Assembly: GCA_904063045.1 (NCBI GenBank)
Contig: CAJFCJ010000012.1
Coordinates: 806,001-870,000 of the forward strand
Reading direction: 5' to 3'
Origin: Dimorphilus gyrociliatus
Lineage: Eukaryota; Animalia; Annelida
Length of the DNA stretch: 64,000 nt
Part shown: positions 40,501-52,200 of the stretch, piece by piece
Numbering within the stretch: position 1 is the first letter of the stretch
Layout: every line of letters starts with the position of its first letter
The notes under the pieces: model-generated
The model's database searches: none
What the model was told of the DNA's origin: nothing
What the model saw: only the letters and a program-made list of their open reading frames with translations
Position numbers and translations under genes: made by a program

Positions 40501-43500
40501 ATTTCATTAAATTCTCTTTTTTGCCTTTTCCAAAATATTTATAGGCCTATAGACCCCGACCTTATCTACTCCTATTACAGACGGATGGATTTAAGTACTG
40601 TGCAGACCATGACGATTGTTTACAGGTAATTTTCTTTAAACTTATTTAATTATCTAGTTGATTTGTTTTCCTATAATTTATTATACGTTCCCTTCCGACC
40701 CCTTTCTTTTTTTTTGCTTTTACAATCTATCCCCATATTATATGTTTATAATAAGTACAATTTATAGGAGTAAATAAAAAATTGTAGGCCTATACAAACG
40801 CTAATAAATAATAAGAGGGTGTCAGGAATAGCAACAGTCCGAATAAATATTAGCTCAATCGCAAACCATTAGAGAATCTCTTTCACACCTACAATGGGCT
40901 TTAGAAAACTGGAGAATTGGTAGAAATTTTGCAGAGTGTGTACGATAAAAAGTATTATATAGAATGTATTAAGGGTAGCAGAGCAAAAATCGTTTCATTC
41001 GATTATGTATACGTATTATAGAAAAAATTGATATTAAGAACTTGTAAATATCATTCTGTAATACTGTTGCTAGACGATAATAGTTAATATATTAGTGAAT
41101 ATATTTAAATATTTTATAATATTTATGTTCAATAGACTTGTATTGAATTCTAATATTTGATTAGTATTTACAGTTGGATATAAGGTTACACAATAAAGAA
41201 AAAAAAATAGTACTTTAGTGCATACAGTGTAGCTAAAGCTACTGTTCTTTGGTGACTAAACGTCACGCTTCAACGACTTGCGCTGATTGTTTGATTAGGC
41301 GTTGATGGCGTCACTTATTGACGCTTCGGGCGTATGCGTTAGTGTACTGTGAGCGTATACATCTATATATTTGCGGTCACGTGATACAAGTTTTTTGTTT
41401 CTTTGTAAGTTGGTTGATGAGCTATATCCGGCTGACTGTAGCTGGTATGTCACGCTCTATAGATTTATGCACGTTCATATATATACATCAAGTGCACGCA
41501 GTTTATTAATTCTTTCTTCATGAACACGCACACTTTCACCCACCGCAAAATTAGTCATTTTACTTCATTAATTACCATCTATTAGTTCTTTTACTCTTGT
41601 TTCTTTTGTTTCATACTTTCTTTTTATTTTACTTTTGCAGTGCTTGAAACCCTGTAGTCTTGCGCACGTTAAAGATGAAGAAATTTGTATCAGGGAAGGG
41701 TATTGCAAAGTAAATAAATTTTCCAGTTGACAAACAATTTCTTCAGTAAATTCATTCTAATATAGGAGTACGAAAAGGGCTGCAAATACAGCTGTCATCT
41801 ACTGCATCTTTGGCAAACAAGAACAAACGCCCCCCTCTTTTTAAGAAGTTGTAAGAGCGCTTCATTAATCATTTTCTTTAATCTCATGAATATTAATTTG
41901 CCACTACTAATATCCGCAATATATAGCCATAAAATCCCCGGGTAAACCGATAGCAAAGGAAAGCGACGGTAAAATCCATGTGGTGTGGAGTCATGATTCT
42001 GGAAACAAAGAGGAATTAATATTGTTTGTAGTAGAAAAAAGTTGGATAAAGAACGATGGGAATGGAAAAGATGTTTGGAATTATGTTGGATTTGTAAGTA
42101 TTATCCATTCATAATATTTTTTAAATTAATTTATGAATAATTTTGATTTTTTATATGTAGAACTTGTTCTATTAAAATGGATATTATTAATTTTTTTAGG
42201 ACGTAAACATGGGTATAATATTTACTAATAATGTATTAGACGAAATTAGGGAGGCATTATAAAAGCAATCTAGTGGAAAAAAATGTGGTTTCAATTCTAT
42301 TCTTATCATACTTCTAGCTTTCTAATTGCTTCGCTAGGCAATGTTTGCCGAAAGCATTTCCAGGCGCTGAAAAATGTATCACCCGACGTCTGCGAATCTC
42401 TTGAACAAACACGCCGTCACTTTTTGTAGGAGAGCAGATAAAAGTGCGTGTTTGTCATAGTTTGGCTGGGGCAGTTAATTATGGAAATGAAGAAGGGAAA
42501 CTAGTTTTGGCGCCTGTTTGTTGTGCGTGATCTCTGACTAGTCGTCGGCATTTCTTCTTTTTGTCCTCATTCTATATCCCTCTTCGACAGCCTTTTCAAT
42601 CCCGACTGTGTAAAGAATTATGATAGGACGATACATCCGGTTAAGACACCAATAGGACCCTTGATACTCCTCTAGTCTTTCTTTATACTATTATAGATAT
42701 TATAGGCTTAATAAAACGGCGGGAAAAGATAATACTGCTTTTTAAGTTGTTGTAAGTTGGTAAAATTGAAAATTTGTGCCTTACAGACACAGTTTCCATC
42801 TATTACACTTGAAAACCTACCTGCAGAGGAGGAGAATAGCTATGTCTTTCGGGTTACGGCGGTTACTCGACAGGGAGCCAGCTCTCCTTCTATCGAATCC
42901 TTACCCGTCACTTTCAATAACCAAAAGGTCCCAACGCTACCCTCAAATTTTACTAAGAAATCAATAATTGCAATTTCAAGGGGATTGTTTAAAGTTAGAT
43001 TAGAGTGGGTCCCTGGACAATATGCTACTCATTACAAGATATCTTGGAGGAGAAAAAATAACGATTGGCGGCGGGAAATTGTTAAAGAATTAATAAGCTC
43101 TAACAAGAATTCTTACACACTTTCGCCAATTGAGGAAGACGTCAAATATTTATTTTTCATACAATCAATTAGAAAGAGAGGAAAGAAAGTTATCAAATCA
43201 AAGAAATTCAAGCTCAATATATTTGTCAATGGAACGCAATTTCGCGTCAAGAATCGTCCACCGCCCATTTCTTCCGCTAGTCTTAGTCAACCCTATTATT
43301 ATGGTAATCAAATTAGGGCAAATATCACGTGGTCAGTATTATAAATTCAATTTTTTTTTATAAGAAGAACTACAAGTTCTATTAAATGTTGACATATTAT
43401 TTCTTTACTTGTCATATTTTCTTGTCTAATAGATATATGTATATATATATAGCTATATTTGTTTATTTATTTATCTATTTTTAGGTTCTATCATGAAAAG

Positions 43501-44157
43501 GATGTAGATTTTATTATTCATTGGAAGCTATTAGTTTGTATAAAATTGCCAAATTCAACTGGAGATTTTCACGAAACAGCCGTTACTGGCAAACAATTTT
43601 ACATTATCAAGTCCTTAATGAACGAATGCCGATATTCGGTTAGCGTGAGAGCTGAGAGGAACTTCGTTCCAAGCTACAAGATTAATCTAAATTTAAACGT
43701 GCCATCCTGCGACAAAATCCTCAATAACCGATTAATTTGTCCGCACGTTGATTATCTTATAAGATTAAACTATAAGACGATTATAAAATCTGGTAACGTA
43801 ATGGCAAATGTTACTTGGTTTGTAAAAAACTATCAAAGGTTTAATCTATCCAAAATAAGATTGAGCTGGAACGAGTTGAACGTGAACAAGACGTTTGTTC
43901 AAGTTTTACCGATAGGCTTTAAACATTTTTTGCTATCGAACTTAAAAAGTGATTCTATTTACATTGTAAAATTTCAAACTTTCGGTACAAATGGTAAAAC
44001 GAAGCTTTTCACTATAAAAACTCCCTATTTCCAAATTGAAACAACAACCCGATCGAAATCAGCCGAAAACCTTCTATCTAGATCAGAGGCTTCAACTATA
44101 TACATTATTCTATCGACTTGTGCTTGTTTCTTTTGTATTTCGTTTATAAAATGTTGA
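37516..44157 (+). CDS. KAL1-like: Anosmin-1/KAL1-like protein A: signal peptide, Cys-rich region, no WAP domain, 4 FnIII, hydrophobic C-terminus
   Basis: Exons 37516-37650 (LLTARCRINCLSDY), 40581-40625 (KYCADHDDCLQ), 41641-41709 (CLKPCSL..IC), 41766-41850 (GCKYSCHLL), 41927-42093, 42787-43331, 43485-44157. FnIII motifs include FRVTAVTRQGASSPS and ANITW/ANVTW. Confidence 0.88.
39817..39870. repeat. (GAAT)n and (TAGA)n tetranucleotide microsatellites
   Basis: About 6 GAAT units at 39817-39842 and 5 TAGA units at 39851-39870, inside intron 1 of anosmin-like A. Confidence 0.9.
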
Positions 44158-44539
44158 TAAATAGAAAACAGTTATATTCTTTTTTTCTTTAAAAAAACAA
44201 AATGTTAAATTAGTAGATTTTCAATATAGTTGAATGACTTTAATGAAATATTAATAAAAGTTCTTTTTTTTTAATACAATTTTCAAATTGCGCAAAGAAA
44301 TTCCGTGCATTCTTTGAGAAATATCTTTATGCAGATTGATAATGTTTGTACATATTTTAAGAGATAAATTTTCAACATCCTCTTCTACAAGATGAAAAAA
44401 TTACAGGAAGAAGCATTTCATTAGAAATAACGACCACGAACGGAAGTTCATGTCGAGTAGTTTGTTTTAATAACGTTGACGGTTGTGAAAACTTTAGAAG
44501 ATTTTATCTGGAATAACGCTTTAAATAAATTTTCTAAAT

Positions 44540-45170
44540 TCGATAAGGTTATCGGCTATTGAAATGTGTAAGAGCCGGAAAATAGGGAAAATCAAAGGGA
44601 AATCAGAGGCTTTTGTAAACAGGAATCGAAAATTTTATACCGAAGGGATTATCTTATCTTTCATTGTTTCTGCAACTAGGTCACCCGGATTATTCTTATC
44701 TAACGCGGTCCTTTTTAAGTTTCTCTTATCTCAGAGATAATAAAGTATGCCACTTGACCTTTATTGCTACACCCTTTTTGGTGACTTATCCGCATAAAAA
44801 AACCTTCCCTCTATACATTCTGCATTTATTGAACGTTCATTGATATGCACAGAGCATTTCTTCACTAAATGACTCTCTTTACAACTAGTACAATACACGT
44901 TTGATTGGAGAAGTCTTATCAAAAAAGATTTTCTATCAGTCACTTAACGAACAAGATGCCGTTATTAAGGCTGTAAAAAAAAAACAACAACACTTGAGGA
45001 ATTGGCTCCTATCATCTACTGATAACATACGCATACATACATACCGTATATTTATCCGCAATCGGCGTTATAAACAATAAAATCTAGAAGAGCAGTTTTG
45101 TGAAAAACAAAAGGGAAATTAAGTTTTCATAAAGCCAATAATTCTTTAATCCTCTTCATAACGCCTTATC
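44540..45170. promoter_or_regulatory. GATA-site cluster between the two anosmin-like 3' ends
   Basis: GATAAG at 44542; CTTATC at 44653, 44695, 44725, 44785, 44915 and 45165. Confidence 0.5.
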
Positions 45171-46294
45171 AGTTAGTAAACAAACGACCATTTGTCCTAT
45201 GACTGATAACCTTTCTTCCCGTTCTACGCCCACACTACTTAATCCTTTTCCCCTTTGAAAGAGGCCTGTAATTTCCCCCCTAGTTATTCATGCATCATCA
45301 ATAAAATGAAACCGGCTAGTTGAAAAAATTGGTCCCTTTTTGTATCTCATACAACTTTTTATTATACAAATCGGATTAATTATAATCTTTCTGGCTATAA
45401 GAAAAATATTTTTATTTGAAAAAGGAATGTTTTTACAGCCAACAAGTGCCGCATTTCTATGTAGAAAATGTATACAAATACAACGTCTTAAAAAAAATGA
45501 TTGATTCTCAAGCGTGTTACGGTTTTTCTGTATCCTGTTGTTCTTTCATTCTTCTCTTGATCCTTCGGGCTTCGACAGGTGTGGCGTGCCGTTTTCTTTC
45601 ATCTTTTTACCGCCTATCTTATTTTATACGCTTAATTAGTCCAGTCTATTGTATCCTATGAGCTAGAGTTCTTCTCCTATTACTTTCTATTTCAACTTTG
45701 CCATTTTTTATTCCTATTCAAGATTAAATTACGTCTGTCTCTTTTGAACAAATGTATACGGTATACGTCTATATACAAGTCTAGGGAAGCTTATTGATCC
45801 ATACTTATACATGATAATCATTTATTAGCAAAAACAAAATTTTTTTTGGCTTGCATACAGAAATGAAAAACCTATGATTAGGCTTAATTTTCTTTCATCA
45901 AAAATACAGTTTTACATTCCACGTCTGCGATCAAAACGGATGATAGAAATTAGATAGACACGTAATAAATTTTTATTTATATCATCATAAAAGTACAAAA
46001 CAAGAGCAAACAGGTAAACAAATAAATAAACAAATAATGATAATAAAAAACAAGATATTTATACATTTTCATCTTCAGCTTCTTGTGTAAAAAAACAGAA
46101 TATCATTAATAAAAGGAGAACAAAATAATAACACTAAATGTTATATATTTCGTAAACATTTATAGGCTTAATATATATTTTTTCATTTAAAAATCAATAG
46201 AAATGCATATACAGTTTATTACTGTTTAAATATACGATGAATTCTTTTTATATACAATATTAATATATTTCATATGAACAAAGGAATTTTTGTC

Positions 46295-49200
46295 TCATAA
46301 AGGAAGACGTAGCCAAAAAACTGCAACGGAAAAGCACCAAACAAAGTTAACTAACAGTCTGGAATGAAATGATGATTTTATGCCACCATCTTTTACCCAC
46401 CAAGGTTGGTTACGAATAATTGTTGGTGTTGAAAAGTTTTTATTCATTGGGATGCGATACGGAACTCCCGCATTCTCTTTCCTCCTCTTCTTCTTACGCT
46501 TGTGTTTATGGCGTGGTTTACGTAAGTCGATTTGTTTATGCAAATCGGGAGTTTTGAAGGTCAATGTTGACTCTTTGCCCGGTCCAGCTTTAGAAAGTGC
46601 TCGGATTAGAACTAAATATTCTCTATTCTCTTTAAGCTCAGTAAGCGTAAACTTATTTTTTGAACCTTCTAAAAATTTTAATTTGTCAAAATATTTATCA
46701 AACGTTGGAACATATTCATTTTCCAGCGTAGGTCCCCATCTTATTCGATATTGCAGTATAGGGGTGTCGCTATGTGGATGATCCCAACTTAATTTGGAGG
46801 TAATATTATGTCTTTGCGTAACTTTTATTCTGTGCACTAAGTTTCGTGGTGGTTCAGGAAGTGAACTTGTTGTTGGACAGGCATTTGCTGGTAAATTCAA
46901 TTTTTCCTGCAGCTCTTCACAGCTGGGTATAAAAATTTTTAGAATTATAGGACTGCTAGATAGATTTGCTCTTCCGTCAATAGCTCGAACATGAATTTCA
47001 TAAGTGCAAGCGAATTTCAGGCGGCTTAAGGTATAAGTTGTATTCTGCAATCACAAAATCATTAAAGGTAAATGGATTTAGAGCAATAAAATATATATTT
47101 ATATATTTGCGCGAACCTTAGTAGTATCCTTTTTTATTGTATCTATTTTCCCCGAAGAATCGTTTAAGCAAACTTTTCTTCTCCAAGAAACCGCGAAAAA
47201 GTTGTCCAAATCTAATTTTAAAGATTATTTAACTTATTCAAAGTTTTTCAATAAAAAAGGAATTATGGTCTAATACCTTTTGTATTCCACGTTAAATTAA
47301 CCAATGCACCATGATGCATCATCTTTGGAGCATGAGCTGTCAAATTACTGACTGGAAGCGGACGAATGACTTGCGGAACTTGACTACTTTTCTTCTCATT
47401 TCCGATTTCAAAATCAATGAATATTCTGTCACCCTTCAATTTCTTTCTACCCAATTTCGATATTGCTTTCAATTCTATGTAGTAAATTTTTCTCTTTTCT
47501 AAATTAATTAACTCGTATTGGCGGACACTGCTAGCCAAAATTTTCTTTTCGTGTAATCTCTTTATCCTCTTCCCGCTTGATGAATAGGACAAAGAACCCC
47601 AATAAATCTTATATCTGTTAATAGGTAAGTCCGTATTCACGGGTGGATCCCAGGAAACTGTAGCTGTGTTGTCACCAGTTATATTTAGTTTTATATTAAC
47701 TGGCTTCGAAGGGGCCTTTGCCTCTCTTAACGATCTTATCGGGGCGGAAGGGATTGATGACGAACTAGAGCCATACTTAGAGACAGCCGTAACTCGAAAT
47801 TGATAAAACCTTCCCGGTTTTATGAAATTTTCGGGTAAAAAACCGTTTGTTTCAGACACCTGCAGCACCTGTCTCCATGGCGACAGTTTTCCAACGTTGA
47901 AAAACGGCCCGATGTGAGAGGCCACTTCTACGACGTAAACTAATACTTCTCTCCTTTCTTGCACATTATTATCGTCCCATATAATTTTAAAAGCGTCATA
48001 GACGCTCGGTTTAGGCGGTGTTGCTGGTAGAAGCGTCTCATTCACCGTCTCCCGGCGGATTTCATTTTGGTAGGAACAAGATTGAGAGCAGCCATCTTCG
48101 AATTTCTGGAGGGCAGAATAGATTTTTTTTACGTAAAATTGACCTTTTAGCTTTTTGATATTAAGAAGGTCGGTAGGTATCAAAATAACTATATACGTAT
48201 GTATTTTCTGTAATGGGTATGCATCTTGTAGATGGAATCTAAGAAGAGTCGACCAACTCTTCTTGAAAAGGCGCCAAATTCGGGGCTATTTTAAGAGATG
48301 GTTCTATACAGGCGCTTCAATCTAACAATTAGTACGTGCCGAGCATTGAACAAATCAAATTACTGCTAGTAGACGCCTTAGCATTACAGCGTCACTTTCT
48401 CGGACCGTAAAATAGGCGGGCAAAAAAATTTCATTTAGGCCTACAAGCAATTTGACGCTTTATTAGGCGGTTGGCATAGGCCTAATGCAATTGCGCTTCC
48501 GTATTCGATTTAGAGTTGTTTGGCGAAAGTGACGCCTTTTGACGCCTCTCCCGGAAGCCTGCCGGCTTATTATTCTTAGCAGCGGATGCCTAGCTGTTGG
48601 TCTAAGCTTATATAGTATATTGTACGCTAATAAAAGATTCTATTTATTTCCTAATATAAGAGCGTTACAAAGTTCAATTTTACTCAATGAAATTAATGAA
48701 TACCTACGAATGGTTTTCAAAAATATCCAATAAGAGATATATATAATAATAAATTGCACAGCTGCTGTTTATATAAGTCAATTTCCCTTCTACTGCCAAC
48801 GGAAAGAGATTTCTCTCCTTTTTCCCAAAACTACAACAGACTATTTTTAGTGCGATTAACCCTTATTAAATTTTTGAAAGAGACTCGAAATTGATCCGAA
48901 TGACTTTTAAGATGGCTTCCTGCCGAGTTGTATGATTCTTCCAGTTTTAATAAAGGTTACATTAAAGAGACGCCGCCGTTTAATTATTACAAACTAAACA
49001 CTTGATAAACTATTTGAGTAGCAATAGAAGTATACATTTGGGGGGCAAACAGAAGTCATACATTTTACACAAGGCTTGGACCTATGGCAATCCACTCTTA
49101 CAAATCAAAATGCAAATGAGCGAATTCCTTGATTAAAACAGAATCGTGAGTCGAAACACCAAACTGCTCTATAGGCCTAATTATTTAGAGGAAGACTGCG

Positions 49201-52200
49201 CCTCGGAACGGACGTTTATTCTAATAAACAAGCCGACTTACTTGACACATTCCGTAGCACTTTTCCAGATTCTCGAATGTTGCGCTACAAGGTTTCAGGC
49301 ACTGCAAATAAAATATCAATTTAATTCAAATTATCACTAAACGAAAAACTAGATGTTATTATTTATAATTTACCCTAAATTTTATACAGTAATTTTCGAG
49401 ATATTCGTGTTACAGAATATTTTAATTAGTGCAAGCATACACGATAACTTATACCTAGGCCTAAGTAAATTTCTTCTTTAAATATACAAAAGTTTTGGAA
49501 TTTGAAGGAGAAACACCGAGCAAATATTAGTTTAGATCAGTTGTGAAAAATTTCAATGTTGCTCTTAACACTTTTCTCACATTTCTACCACTTTTCATCT
49601 GGACAATACTTTTATTGAAAATTAATAGGAGTAAGCATACTACTGCCATCTGCTGTTCGGGTAGATTTAAGGGATATTATTGACCACTATTATCCTATAC
49701 TCATTACGAAACCCAACTATTTTGACCCACTTTTTTCTTTTACTACTAAAATTGCCCGGCTTTACAACAAAACAGTTGAAACAGTCAAGTTTGACAGCTG
49801 ATTGCGTAATTATACGTAAGCAGAAGCGTCTGAAGAGAGATTGTTACCGCCTCTGCAAATTTTCCATACAGACAAGACACACATTTATTCAATAAAGCGG
49901 AAACACTCTGAATATAAGCGACGATTCTTATAAATTATTACGCAATTCGCTTCACAACAGATTGATTGACACTCTTAACAATTCCCCGGCGACCTCCACT
50001 TCCTCCTTATATATATATAAATATATATATATATATGCATAGGCCTACAAAGAGCGAAGGGATTTGAAGTCAAATTATTAATAAAAGAGAAGCGAAGACG
50101 TAGAACTGCGCAACTGTCACCAATATAAATTCTCCTACATCCCCAGAAATTTCTTTCGATAAAAGTTCATAGACTACAAGCTCTTTTTCCCTTTTCATAC
50201 TTTTTTTTTTATTAAAAAAGTAACCAAATACTACTGGGAGTATAATGTTAATTCTTAAAAGAAGTAGGCGTTAATGGAGGCGTTCTTTGGATTCGCCTGA
50301 GATAAGGAAAAAATCGAAGGGCATTCGTTACAAACAATGCAAACAGTAATCAATAGACGCACATGCGCCGCGTGTATAGAACGGATCTAATTGTTAATCT
50401 ATAAGCGCGGAGAGCGCAGCTGTTGGGAGACGACGGACAAAAGACGCCTTGGAATGTTATGTCACCTGTCAAAATCTCTCTTCTCCTCTGTCTCTTTTCT
50501 TCTAAATCCTTCTCAATCACTTTTCAACACATATTCAAATTTAAATTGCAAATGATGTGAAACTTGTTAATCATGTATCAGCATAGAATGACAGAATGAT
50601 AAAGCAAGAGAAATGAATGAAAAGAAGCGAGAGCTGATTTAATGCATAAATAGCATGTTTGACTATCCAAAAGAATTCAGTGCCATATTGTGGAACAGAG
50701 ATTGCTCATACATTACAAAATTCGACCGCCGGAGCCCTCGGGAGACGCCCTCGGGATTCGTTTAAACGCACTAATTACGGAATAGCGACGCGCAAGAAAA
50801 AATGACGAGTCTTCATTTGCATCTTTGCCCAGAATACTTTCCTTGTTAAGTGCATGAATCATTTCATTGTGTAGCATATTCTGGCTCGCATTAAGTGCAA
50901 ACTTATTTATGTTTATTTTTTATGATACGGCCTGAAGTAATAATTCCTAAGGGTCTTTCTTTTTCACCGTGTGATGAGGAAACGTAAGGTCAATAGAGGT
51001 GATATGCAAATGAGTGAACTTGATGAAGGTGAAGGAAGAAAAGTAAAAAGTAGGAATGTTGTTGAATGAATGTATAATGTAAAAATATGAAGTCTATTGG
51101 AAATGAAAACCCGAAGGCATTTCTTTATTGCATATCTATTGGTAATGGAAGAGGTCAATTTGAAGGTCTTGAAGAACTCATAAATATTACCCGACTTCTA
51201 GGCGATTCATTGACTCGGTTTATCACTTTTATCCTTTTTCAACAGTTCTATAGAGTTTTAAAGCCTAATGGCTTAGCGGAGACGATATATAGCGCCTTTA
51301 TATACGGCCCTGGGGGCCTGTCGGTTGGTAGGGGCGGCTAAAGGAATTAAAATCCCGTCTCTTGGGTGTATTAACAAACCGAGAACAATTTAAAACTGGA
51401 CATAAAAGCAATTTAAAAAGGAAAAAAGAGAAGTTTTTTCAGACTCCTCGTTAGGACCGTATATTTATGATATCTATTATAGGGCAATACAATCCGAATT
51501 ACTGACACTCAACTCTTTTTCCATCATACACACGCTTCAAGAGTATCCCCAAATGATTAAATGCAAATAAAGCAGACAGCGTGCACAGTGACACGCTTCG
51601 CGCATTGCAGACAATCTCTCATTCAATTTTTGTGGGTAATATCTTGCGCATGCGCGATGCATTGAGGCGAGCTCATTCGATTTGTTTGTGAAAACGGGCG
51701 GATGAATGCGTTTAATCACCTAATTATTGAGCGTTGAGTCACCAGTCACGACAGATGATCTTTTGAAGAAAGAGTTTTTCACACTTTCTTTTTATCTTTT
51801 TTATGCAACTTTAACAGTTTTTACTCTTTAATCATATTCTTAATAAGGTTTGCTAATGAATGTAAAAAAATGGAATGATAGAGGAGAAGAGAGAATAAGA
51901 GAATCGTTAATTTTTTCGCTTTTTAACCCTTTCACTTGAACTCGCTATTAGTTTTTATGAAAAACGTATAATAAAACACACCCGTCACTTTCAAAGGCAT
52001 TCTCATCAAATTACACAACAATTTATCAACGCCCAAACACTCCGTTTCCAGCCCGCAATTTTTCACGGCTCCTTGAACGCGTCATTCTTTCACGGTTGGA
52101 GAATTTTTCCAAAGCGTCTAATATAAACGCATTGAATCATTCAACGAATAAACTCTCAGCGGTTGGTCGACATCGAAACGTTCATAAAAAAACGCCTAAT

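Noticed and set aside
44695-45170. GATA sites spaced at exact multiples of 10 bp
   Set aside because: With about 10.5 bp per turn the phasing is lost over 130-250 bp, so this is probably coincidence.
46380-47502. Plus-strand ORFs 46380-46781, 46794-46994, 47311-47502
   Set aside because: Antisense shadows of anosmin-like B FnIII exons.
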